DNA of 64,000 nt from NCBI RefSeq assembly GCF_032444005.1, contig NC_091283.1, positions 636,678,001 to 636,742,000 of the forward strand, given 5' to 3'. Shown here piece by piece: positions 36,672 through 47,589 of the stretch. The notes below the pieces were generated by a model that worked only from the letters and a program-made list of their open reading frames with translations, was not told the DNA's origin and searched no databases. Source of the stretch: Ranitomeya imitator (lineage: Eukaryota). Numbering within the stretch: position 1 is the stretch's first letter; each line of letters opens with the position of its first letter. The position numbers and the translations under genes are program-made.

Positions 36672-37735
36672 TCATGGAGGCTCTGAGGAGCCTTCGGTAG
36701 TATGGCGATTCTTGGAACGGGGAACCTTGAGCCACTTTGGAGGAGCATCTGGGAGTGTCGGAGCCAGAGGCCAATCCGGAAGATTTATTAATGGAAGTTC
36801 AAACGTGCCCAGGAAGTTAGCCAGGTCCCCAATCCGGCGGAAATATGCGCTTTTGCCACCTTTGGATGCTGATAGTTGGAATGGGAACCCCCACCTGTAT
36901 GGGATGTCTCTTTCCTTGAGAACCTCCAGCAAGGGCTTCAGAGCTTTGCGCAAAAATAGAGTGCGCCTGGATAGATCTGATAGGAGTAGGATTGGCTGAC
37001 CTTCAAACTGGAGGGATCCCTTTTTCCTAGAAGCCATCATGATGGCCTCCTTAACTCTGAAGTAATGTACCCTACAGATGACGTCTCTGGGGCGTGACTC
37101 AGACGTGGGTTTAGGACCAAGGGATCTATGAATCCTATCGAACTCGATGGTGTTGTCCTCGTGGTCGCCGAGAATGTCCAGAAATATTCTCTGGACTGTA
37201 CGATCTAGGTCCTGAGGACTGACAGATTCTGGTAGGCCACGTATACGGATATTGTTACGCCTATTGCGATTTTCCAGGTCCTCAAGACCAGATGACATTT
37301 CCTCCAATTTCATGGTGTGGTCCATTAAGATTTCTCTGTGGGCCTGAAGTTCCTGTGAGATATTCTCCTGGGTCTTTTCCACATCTTCTATACGCGATGT
37401 GAATTCTGTCTGCAAATTATGTATCTCCTTTTTGTACGAGTTCTCAAGCCTACACGCAAAACTGGAAGAGCTTTAATGTATTTACTCAATTCAGCTATAT
37501 TCATGTCCTCCGGCATGTCTTCATCTCCGCCACTGTTGTCTGCTGATTTTTTAGGGGAGATATGTGCGGTCTGTGGCTCTTTTGAGGAGGAACTATTTTT
37601 ATGCGGTGTTTGCGACATTGCTGATCTGGTGTTCCTTGTTTGGAGTGGCTGGTTTAAGAACCGTTCCATGTCCTCAATAGGAGGCTCCTTGTGTAAGCTT
37701 ATGGGTTGCCCAGAAGTCTTCTTAGTTTTACCCAT
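36672..37735 (-). pseudogene. L1 ORF1p of copy 3, one frameshift near 37460
   Basis: DLENRNRRNNIRIRGLPE, FDRIHR, DLSRRTL, YRWGFPF. N-terminal ORF 37388..37735 is in a different frame. Confidence 0.9.
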
Positions 37736-39149
37736 ATATGTCTGCTGCTATTAATCGCCTGTGGTAGAGTTCAGGGGAACATGGGGGTGCAGCGATCACC
37801 GCATCAGGCAGAGCCCCCCATTAGCAAGCCCCCTCCGAGGTGCATTTAATTATAATCTTTAAATTAGTGGGGCATATACAATGTCCTGAGCCAGAAAAAG
37901 GGAACCTCTAGATGTGATAAACAGTTCCAACACTAGGTGTCACCAGAGGTCTAAGTTTGTAAATTATAAGCTTGTTAGGTAGAGTGCTGAGGCTCTGCTT
38001 TCTGATGTAATGTAGATAAGGCACGATGACAGCCCAGTAAGGGGCTATGGTAGAGTGACTGCTCTGCTTCTACAGCAAGGATGGGAGTGCCTGCCCTGAT
38101 ATGGTGCTTCTCTATGAGGTGCTCCGTCCCCAAGATGGCGTCTATCCCTCCAGTGGCGGGAAAACAGTCGGCACCGACGGAGCAAAGGCGCACTCGCGGC
38201 AATCTCACCGATGGAGCCCCAGGGGATCAAAGGATGAGACCGTCTCTCCCTCAACACCTCCGTGGCTCGGCGGGGGGTCTGCAGACTCCTCACTGCCGCC
38301 GCTCTCCTCACCACGTGCTGCCTGCCTGCAGGGGTTCCGGGTAAGCACGCCTGCGATGCTCTCTCCGTGGGTGTCGCGGGGAATACAGGGGCGGGATGGT
38401 CTCCCCTTCACTACCCCCTTAGCTTGGTGGGGGATCCGCGGGCTTTATGCTGCCGCCGCTCTCCTCTCCATGCGCCGCCTGCCTGCAGGGGATCCGGGTG
38501 TGCACGCTCGCGGTGCTCTCTGCGGGTGCCGCGGGGAATACAGGGGCGGGAGGGTCTCCTCTTCACTACCCCCTTAGCTCAGCGGGGGTCCGCAAGCTTC
38601 TTGCTGCCGCCGCTCACCTTGTCACACGCCGCCTGCCGGGCCTCCCTGTGCCGGTAGCTGTGCCTGAGAAGTCTTCTTTGTGCCGGCCTATGCTCGATGC
38701 GCTGTGCTGCAGAGCCTCTCTGTGCCTACGGATCCGGTATAACTTCTCCGGGGCACAGTTGGGGGTCTCCCTTAATCCAGGCTCGCTGCTAGGGAATTTC
38801 GGGTGGTCTGTGATGGTTTAAGACCTTTTATCTCCTATTTACTGGAGGAGCTCTCCACCATGCGTCCTTCTTCTCCGGCTGCTAGACACGCCCCCCGTCT
38901 TTCCAGGCTTTTATTTCTGAAGAGACGGTAAAGTGTATATTTGTGTGTGCTTGTTGTACATGTTTGTACGTATGATTTCTTGTATATGTTCTTAGATTTT
39001 GTTCTAGATCGCAGCATTAGATGGTGTTCTACTTTTGTGCATGAATTTGACTTTGGATACAGAATAACCTGCCTGGGATCCCACTTTAGTACTTAGTGTC
39101 AGCCTCCTCGTGGCAGCAGCATACACCCACAGTTTGTGTCCCCCAATGA

Positions 39150-40450
39150 ATGGCTGGGAGAAAACGATTTTACGGTTGTTATTTTTCCATAAATTGTACA
39201 TCCATTTGGTTGTTTCGTTGTTTCCTTCCCTTAATGACAATGATGAAAAAGAGGATGATCTGGTGGTATTAGTTTCAACCTTTTAAGTGGATTGTCATCT
39301 ATAGATGGTACCGCTTTTAAAGTCATGAAGATCCCTCTGGAACTTCTGCGCCTATGTTTCTTTTACTTCTTTTTCCCAGACTTGAAATTTAATATCAATC
39401 TTTTTATTTAAAGCTTCTACCTCCACTGCAGATAAATTCTCCAATAGTTTTTGATGCGTATTCTCTATATCTCAATCTAGTTTGTCATGTCTTTTTTTTA
39501 GTTATTTACAACAAAAAGTTCCATAAGGGATTTGGAGAATGTGGTACATGCATCCTCCCACCTAGACCTAAACATGCTCTCCTCGACCGGAAAGGATGGC
39601 ATAATGCGCACTTGTAATCCTCTACGAATCAATCTTTTGGCTAGGTCGTTTTCTAAAGAGGCTTTATTCCACCATGTGCGTGTTCTTTTTTTTAATAGAT
39701 ATTTCATAGAATTACTCAATTCTGTTTTTTGCCTACTTTGCCCACCAAAAAAGAATAACCTAGATAGATGGCACTTCCAAAAAGAAACAGCAAAATGCCA
39801 AAAAATACACATTTTATTGAAACATATTGATAAATTAAAAATTAATAAAACATGATAAAGTGGGGACAAAGATGCAAAAATAAGCCGCTTACAAAAAGGA
39901 ATACACCAATAATAGACCAAATGTAGGTAAAAGAGTCACCATTAATGCTTAACTCAGTTTGGGCTCCAAAAAAAGGCTTATATAAAAGGTAGTTAAAGAA
40001 CTTCAACAAGAAATGTGTAAAAGCCTATGGACGATAATAATTCATTGACAAAGCCCCAAAAAAGGTGAAAAATCAACATACACATTAGATATCCAAAAGA
40101 ATTGGTATACAAAAAATGGAGGTAACAGATTACACAAATGCCTAAAAAGAGGCTCCCTATAAAAAAGGATGCACTAATTAATGTCCATATAAGCTATATA
40201 AATATAATAGACGAGTCACCTTCAAGTATAATATGGAAACAGAACCATTTGAAAAAAAAAGCAATATATAATCTCCATTAGTGCAACTGTATGATGTAGT
40301 CAATAGAAAGGCCCATATTAAATGCACAGGAAGTAATAGTAGAACAAGAAGTCAATAAGACATAGTGTTTAAAGAGCAGGAAGGGTTAATTGTGACGGCA
40401 TGACAGACCCCGACGCACGTTTTGGTGGCAGTGACTTGTCTGAGGAGCGT
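39150..40450 (-). mobile_element. Penelope-like element 5' part: pseudo-LTR plus start of ORF
   Basis: WWNKASLENDLAKRLIRRGLQVRIMPSF...RWEDACTTFSKSLMEL; decayed hammerhead-like motif upstream at about 40405-40448. Confidence 0.78.
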
Positions 40451-41353
40451 CCGGTGGCAGGACCTGCGCGACATCACCGCAGACCAACATCATGTGATGC
40501 TGGGCCACTCCCCCATTCGACGCATCATAACAGGGGCCGAACAGGGGCCGGACAGGCAGCAACCGAGACGCATCTCGAGGGTGACGCCAAGCAGGAAGCA
40601 GTGAGGAGCGCACCCGACCGTGCAAATACACTGAAGACTTAGCCACAAACTCACAAAGGTGAGTCCATGGTTAGGAAAGCAAACAAAAAAGGTGTGAACT
40701 GGGAGAAGGGAAAACACATTGTCAGTGAACCAAAACTACAAGGGGAACCATCTGATGTGTATTAACATGACATCTGAATCAAATAAGTTAATTATTAAAA
40801 TGGCTGTGTATACAATGCAGTTTAAAGTGACAATGTGCATAATGAAAAGTGAATAAAGGGAATTGGATTGAAAATGGTGCAATAATGGCTGATAAGTATA
40901 ATTACAAATAGATTTAAAAAATAATATAAGCAGGCGTCAAAAATGGCTAATAAATCCTCTATAAAGGTATATATAAAAACGAAGTGCATTACAAAAAGTG
41001 ATATGAATTGGCCAATTTATGTGCTAAACGCTCTCATTTTTTCATATTTCTAGTGCAGAAATGCAGTTCAATTTTCATGTTTGAATGTTTTAGCGCCGCA
41101 GTGTGCCGCCTTATTTATTTGACAATAACTAGGCTAATGTGTTCCAACCATAAAGAAGAGAAAATCCGCACCGCTGCTGCACTTACACCCCTTATAGATT
41201 TCCACAGTTCATAATGCTGTTACTCCCTTGTCTCAAAAAATGGGCCTTCTGGTGTGCACCATCCATGAATAAAAAAATAAAAAATATATATCCACAATAG
41301 AAGAGAAATTGGTGTGCACTCACCGGTCCCATAAAAATAGTTTTCTTTATTTG

Positions 41354-41992
41354 GAAAAAAACAGCAAAACACGGCAGAGGTTCTTACCTGCCTAGGCCTC
41401 CAAACAGGATGCAGTGGACCCATGTGGTTAAAATAGAAACAACATAGGTGCAGCATAACCGATGAGGCAGCCACTCACCAGCTACCAAACTAATGGAGGG
41501 GGTGGCTGCTTGGCACATTGCTGCACATAAAAACTTGTATGTGGCGCTGTTCACACAATGGAGATGCACAGCATCCAGGCTGAATATAAACTAATACCTC
41601 ACATAATTTTTTATGTGTTTTTTGCACTTTTTTTCGGGGTGCAGTTGGGCCCATTTTCTGCTTGTAAACTGTGGTGTCTGTGCACATGGGGAGCATTTGG
41701 ATAGGACTGGGCAGGTCCGCCTGATCTAATAGAAGGGTGTCACTACTAGGCCTGCCTGGATGCTGTGCATCTCCATTGTGTGAACAGCGCCACATACAAG
41801 TTTTTATGTGCAGCAATGTGCCAAGCAGCCACCCCCTCCATTAGTTTGGTAGCTGGTGAGTGGCTGCCTCATCGGTTATGCTGCACCTGTGTTGTTTCTA
41901 TTTTAACCACATGGGTCCACTGCATCCTGTTAGGGCATTTGTTTGGAGGCCTAGGCAGGTAAGAACCTCTGCCGTGTTTTGCTGTTTTTTTC
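41354..41992. repeat. Long inverted repeat: arms 41354-41580 and 41754-41992, 173-bp spacer
   Basis: Near-identical ORF translations MHLHCVNSATYKF... on opposite strands. The right arm has an extra ~12 bp (TTAGGGCATTTG). Confidence 0.93.
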
Positions 41993-41999
41993 TAATTTT

Positions 42000-44210
42000 T
42001 GCAGGATCTCTGAATCCTCTTTTTGTGCTTTTCCTTTATTTGGACATATGCGCGGTTACAGACAGAGAAATGACATGCTGGATAAAGGACGACAGCTGGA
42101 TAAAGGACGACAGCTGTTTCGCGCTAGTGCGCTTCTACAGGTCCCAATGACTGAAGGAAATGGGGGGAGTTGGATTTATACTCAATCCGACACCAATACC
42201 CTCCCCCTTTACCTCCATCATCAGTGCAATAACACACCTACTTACAAAACGTGAAACTTTCTATAACAAACATATACTGAATTGTTTAAAAACATGTGAT
42301 GTCTGAACAGTTACCATAAGCAATAGAAACACAAAAGAACACAAAAAAAAAAAAGTAACAAGGAATAATTAGCAAAGGGGAATTTTTCTACAACCCTTGC
42401 TTCTGGGGAATCTTATAGAAAGACTGACATGTCTATTCTTTCATTCAGGCCAAGTGGCCCTGTTGCGCATGTGCGCAGTATCCATCTTGCTTATCGTCTC
42501 AGGAGTAGCTGATTCAGATTCCCTCCTTGCTGTGGTGGATTCACCCTTTTAATGCCTGCAAAGTGAAGTGTTACCTGCATGATATTGCCTTACGTGATTT
42601 ATCAGGCGAGGAACTCCCTTCCCTGTTCGTATCGAATTGAAGTATTCCCTTATTTGCACGAACAGGGGGCGAATGGTTTTGCCTATGTAGTAAAAACCAC
42701 AAGGGCAAAAAATGACGTATACCACGTATGTTGTTTTACAAGAGATTAATTCCCGAACTACATGATTGATGGACCCAATTTTTAAAGTATTACCTATCAG
42801 GTGATAGGAACAAAAATTGCAATGCCCACACTTAAAATTCCCTTTTGGGATACTTCTATCTAACCAGCTTGTGTGGTCATTGCTGACACGATTACGCACT
42901 ATCAAATCTTTTATATTTTTGCCATGCCGACTAGCAAACAATGGGCCTTTCTTAAATCTCTCAATTAGATCACTATCTTTCCCCAAAATATGCCAGTTTT
43001 TCCTAATTATAGATCTAATATATGTGTCCATAGGACCATACTAAACACAAACTGTTTTTCTTCGTTTGTTTTTTTATCTGTTTTTTTGGGGGGAAAATCT
43101 TCTTTTTCTGCCCTTGCTAGAGCCGCATTCAGTAAGGGACGTGGATAACCCCAATTTTCAAAACGTTTATAAAGCTCCTGTGATTGTTTTAAAAAACCAC
43201 TCTCGCTGCTAACTCTTTTTACTCTCAAAAATTGGCTGTATGGTATAGCCTGCTTTGTGTAATGTGGATGAGCGCTATTATAGTGGAGGACCGTGCTAGA
43301 GGAAGTGGGTTTTCGAAAAACCTCAGTATACAGTATGCCTTCTTGTATTTCCAATCTCACATCTAAGAATTCTAATTTTTGACCACCATATTGAGGTAAA
43401 TTTCATGTTCATCTTATTAGTTCTCCCCAAAAAATCTACAAATTGTGTAAAGCCATCTTGTGTACCGTCCCATATTACCAGGACATCCTCCACAAATCTT
43501 ATGAACAATTTGATACGTTTTTAAAAAGGATTAGTTATTGAGTAAACAAATTTTTTTTCCAAAAGCGCCAAAAAGAGGTTTGCCAGGGTACACGCGACTG
43601 GCGTACCTATGGCAGTACCCTCGCATTGTGTGTACCATTGGTCATCAAATTTAAAGGCATTGTGTTTCAGGACAAATGTCAGGCCATCGCAAATGAAATC
43701 AATAGTGTTACTATCTGTTGGTGTATTTGATAGAAGTTCTCTTATTGCTGTTACCCCTAGATCCTGCGGGATCCTTGTATATAGGCTTTCCACGTCTATT
43801 GACGCTAGACTGAAATTATCTTGCCAAGTGAAACCTTTAATTATACGTAAAAAATCATTCGTGTCCTTGACATATGACGGAATGTAAGAGTGGTCGTAAT
43901 AACCAATCTAAGTATCGGGATATGGGCTCCGTTAAGGAACCTATCCCTGACACAACTCCCAGAAATTGTCAAAGACATGTTGCTTCAATTTGGTCTGTAA
44001 TCACCCCAAAATTCTATTTTTTCATCCAGATTCTCTTGAGAAATTTAACTTTTGAACCAGAACACATTGACATAAGGGAGGTACTCCCACATTCTCTTAT
44101 GTAATTTATCTCATATCCCAGGATGTGTTTGACAACCTATTGTATAACTCACATTTCTGCCAGTTTATTTTAATGCTTTATTTCCTTTGATCTTGTACTA
44201 TAAAAGAACA
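42000..44210 (-). mobile_element. Penelope-like element: RT + GIY-YIG endonuclease (frameshifted, 5'-truncated) and 3' pseudo-LTR
   Basis: DVESLYTRIP, YTQCEGTAIGTPVACTLANLF, FIRFVEDV (YxDD position), VFRKPT, CGHCNFC, VYVIFCPCGFYYIGKT. Confidence 0.92.
42104..42145 (-). ncRNA. Minimal type I hammerhead-ribozyme-like motif with variant core CUGUAGA
   Basis: GGGAC-CTGTAGA-A-GCGC(ACTA)GCGC-GAAA-CAGCTGT-C-GTCCT; palindromic ACAGCTGT stem III; located in the 3' terminal repeat of the PLE, upstream of AATAAA. Confidence 0.75.
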
Positions 44211-44697
44211 CCCTAACCCTCCCATTAAACAGAGACTATTTGGAAAGACAACAAGCAGTTGCTTCATCGCTTGGGTACCTAAGACAGAGAACACCTGAGT
44301 AGGTTATAAATCCCTCCACTAACAACGAAGATACCCCCACTTTCAAATATCTGGCCTGTATCTTTTTTCCAGCAAATGGGTGTCAATAACTAGGCTAAGA
44401 TACAGCAAAAAAAATAAAATGGAGCCCTGAAATGGCACAATTTTGAGCACACCGATATGCGACCCGTGTGGCGGCCAAAACCCAGTGTAAAATATCTGCC
44501 CTGCAGTTAACTTCTCTTTTTTTCACCACACTGATCTCAATAAATTGTATGACACACTCCAACAAAATTTTACAGTTGCACAGAAATGGCAGGATCAGAT
44601 GTGATCGCTGTGACGGCCAAACCCGTTTAAAATAGCTGAATTTTCACGCTGTACTATGTTAAGGATCTGGCTGTATTCTGCAGTGTCAACAAGCTAG

Positions 44698-44905
44698 GGC
44701 TACTTTCACACTAGCGTCGTACGAAGCAATGCGTCGTTTTGCAGAAAAACGCATCCTGTAAAGTTGTTTGCAGGATGCGTTTTTTCTCCATAGGCTTGTA
44801 TTAGCGACGCATTGCCACACGTCGCAACCGGTTGCGACGTGGTGTGGCGGACCGTCGGCACCAAAAAACGTTGCTTGTAACGTTTTTTGGTGCGTTATGT
44901 TTGCA
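44698..44905. mobile_element. Left part of a Harbinger-like MITE fused to truncated L1 copy 4
   Basis: GGCTACTTTCACACTAGCGTCG terminus; same family as 51565-51897. Confidence 0.82.
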
Positions 44906-47018
44906 CACCACATCGTCGGCGTAGAGGCCAATTTTGTGTTCCTGACTTCCCACCATTACCCCCCTAATGTCAGGGCATTGCCTCACCGCAGCCGCCAGGG
45001 GCTCCATGACTAAAGCAAAGATGATGGGGGAGAGGGGGCAACCCTGCCGGGTCCCATTTGAAATAGAAAATATACGGGATTTAAAGCTGGCTGAGCGAAC
45101 TGAGGCACAAGGATTGGAATACAAAGCCATAATAGCTGAAAAAATCTGGCCAGTAAGACCAAATTTGTGCAAAGTAGATGCTATATAACCCCAGTGCACC
45201 CGATCGAACGCCTTTTCCGCGTCGAGAGACAGGAACACACTGGGGAGGCTCCCCCTCTCCACCACATCGAGCAGGTCGATCAAGCGTCTCGTACCATCTC
45301 TAGTTTGCAGGATGGTACCTACCCGGGACAAACCCAACCTGGTCTGAGTGAACCAAGGATGGGAGCACCGACAATAACCTATTGGCCCAGACCTTAGCAT
45401 ATATCTTTACATCACAATTTAGAAGGGCGATGGGACGAAAATTGCCAGGAGAGGTCATAGGTTTCCCAGGTTTAGGAAGTGTCGAAATACAAGCCTCCAA
45501 ACCCTCTCTCTCAATAGTACCCATAGAGCGCCAGTAGTTAAATAAACGAATGAGAAAAGGAGAGAGGATAGTGAGAAAATGAGAGTAGTATGAGAAGGAA
45601 AAGCCATCCGGACCCGGGGCAGAGCGTTTTTTGGCCTCTTTGATTATTTGGGAGATTTCAATTGCTTCTATAGGGTCGTTAAGGAGCGACAACTGCTCCG
45701 GATTAACAGTAGGGAGATTCGCTTTATTCAAAAAAGCGTTAATTGAGTCCTGAGAAGGTTGAGGAGTATTTACGTCAGAATCTAGGTTATATAATGAGGA
45801 GTAGTATGAGGCAAATTCTTCAGTGATATGGATTGGGTTATAAATCCGAGAACCATCCGACTTAAGAAGATAAGCAATTTTGGTTTGGGCTTCTTTTTTT
45901 TTAACGCGTTTAGCTAGTAAGGCGCCTGCCCTGTCACCCATGGAGTAGAATTTGGCTTTCGATTTCCTGAGCGAATTTTCTGCTCTATGGAGGAGGAGCT
46001 GGCGAAGGCGCAGGCGTGCATCAGAAAGATTGGAAAATAATTGAAGGGAGGGGCAGGCTTTGTGGCAAGACTCCTGCCGGGCCACTTCGGCCAAGGCAGA
46101 TTGAAGGCTTAGGTTATACTTGCGTTTCGCTGTCGCAGCCATCTTAATGAAAAGGCCACGAGCCACTGCCTTGTGAGCGAACCAGAGGGAGTCCTCACGC
46201 ACATCCGCCGAGTCATTAAAGGCAAAGAATTCCTGCAAAGAGTTTTCAATTAGTGTAGAGTTTGCTTGCTCAGAGAGAAGGTGGTCATTAAGGCGCCAGT
46301 GTGAAGGTCTGATTGCAAGAGGGTCTTCTAGGGAGACTGACACAGGAGCATGATCAGACCAAGTAATATTCCCTATATTTGCAGATATGCAGTGGGGAAG
46401 GGCGACGTCATCTACTAAGATATAATCAATTCTACTCTAAGAACCGTGACGAGGGGACCAAAATGTGTAGTCTCTCTCATTACAATGGAGATATCTCCAA
46501 AAATCGTGTAAATTGTAGGAGCTAATCAGCTGGGCCGCATCACCCCTAGCCACAGCAGCCGACAAACAGTCCAGATTCTTGGATACTGGAATGTTAAAGT
46601 CTCCAGCAACTAATTTATGACCATGCTGATAATTACCTAAGATTTGAAATAAATTATTTAGAAATTTAACCTGACCAAAATTTGGGCCATACACAGAGGC
46701 AATGGTGTAAGGGGTATTATTGATTAAACATAAAATTATAATGTATCTGCCCGCGGGGTCGGCTGTAGAGCTAATTAGCTGGAAAGAGTTAGCCTTGCTA
46801 AAAAAAATTGCCACCCCAGCCTTTTTGATCTTCCCATTCGCAAAAAATTGGTGGGGGTATAGATTCGAATACATTTTTATATTATCCCGTTCTAGTAAAT
46901 GAGTCTCCTGTAAACATATAATATCGTGTTTGGATTTAGCGAGCTGACGCCAGACAATCGATCTCTTACCGGGGGAGTTAAGGCCGTTAACATTAATAGA
47001 ATATAAAGAAACACTCAT
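44906..47018 (-). pseudogene. L1 ORF2 of copy 4 (APE + N-terminal RT; frameshifted, truncated)
   Basis: ORFs 46437..47018, 45300..46343 and 44801..45400. Confidence 0.9.
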
Positions 47019-47119
47019 TGTAAAATGTTATACAATTTGCGGAAGAAGATATGCAAACCCATTACCCACAAAAAAAGCACAAACATGTCGTGGGATACCT
47101 CGCAAACTCAATCTGCAAC

Positions 47120-47342
47120 GAGGAAGGGGGAAGAGGGAAAGGAGGGGGGAGAGGGAAAGGAGGGGGGAGAGGGAAAGGAGGGGGGAGAGGGAAAGGAGGG
47201 GGGAGAGGGAAAGGAGGGGGGAGAGGGAGGGAAGGGGGGGGAGAGGGAAAGGAGGGGGGAGAGGGAGGGAAGGGGGGGGAGAGGGAAAGGAGGGGGGAGA
47301 GGGAGGGAAGGGGGGGGAGAGGGAGGGAAGGGGGGGAAGGGA
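47120..47342. repeat. Polypurine 18-bp tandem repeat (GGAGGGGGGAGAGGGAAA and variants) in the L1 inter-ORF spacer
   Basis: About 220 bp of G/A only on plus. Confidence 0.92.
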
Positions 47343-47589
47343 AAAACAAACATACAAAATCCAAACATTTAAACAAGGGAACATCCAGGGAAATCCTGAG
47401 TCCGAGGTGAAAATAGAAAACAGTTCACCAATGGGGCAATATGCTGAGGGGAGTCCTGCCAGGAACCAGCCTCAGCAAAAAAATCAGCAAGCAAAAAAAA
47501 GAAGAGAGAAGAAAAAAAGAGAAATAGAACTGAGCGGGAAAAAGGAAAAAATAAATTCTTCCAGCCAGGAAATGGACAATAGAGACACT

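Larger units (their letters stand above)
31673..38896 (-). mobile_element. Full-length L1 LINE copy 3 (7.2 kb), nearly intact
   Basis: Starts GGGGGGCGTGTC at 38896; AATAAA near the 3' end. Direct repeat GTCTTTCCAGGCTTTT(A) at 31656-31672 and 38897-38913; TTTT/A nick context. Confidence 0.96.

Noticed and set aside
41459-41500. CCGATGAGGCAGC...GCTACCAAACTAAT as another hammerhead
   Set aside because: GAAA is absent, stem II is mismatched, and there is no stem I or NUH triplet.
47025-47410. Gly/Glu-rich and Pro-rich ORFs on both strands
   Set aside because: They are translations of the polypurine tandem repeat in the L1 spacer.
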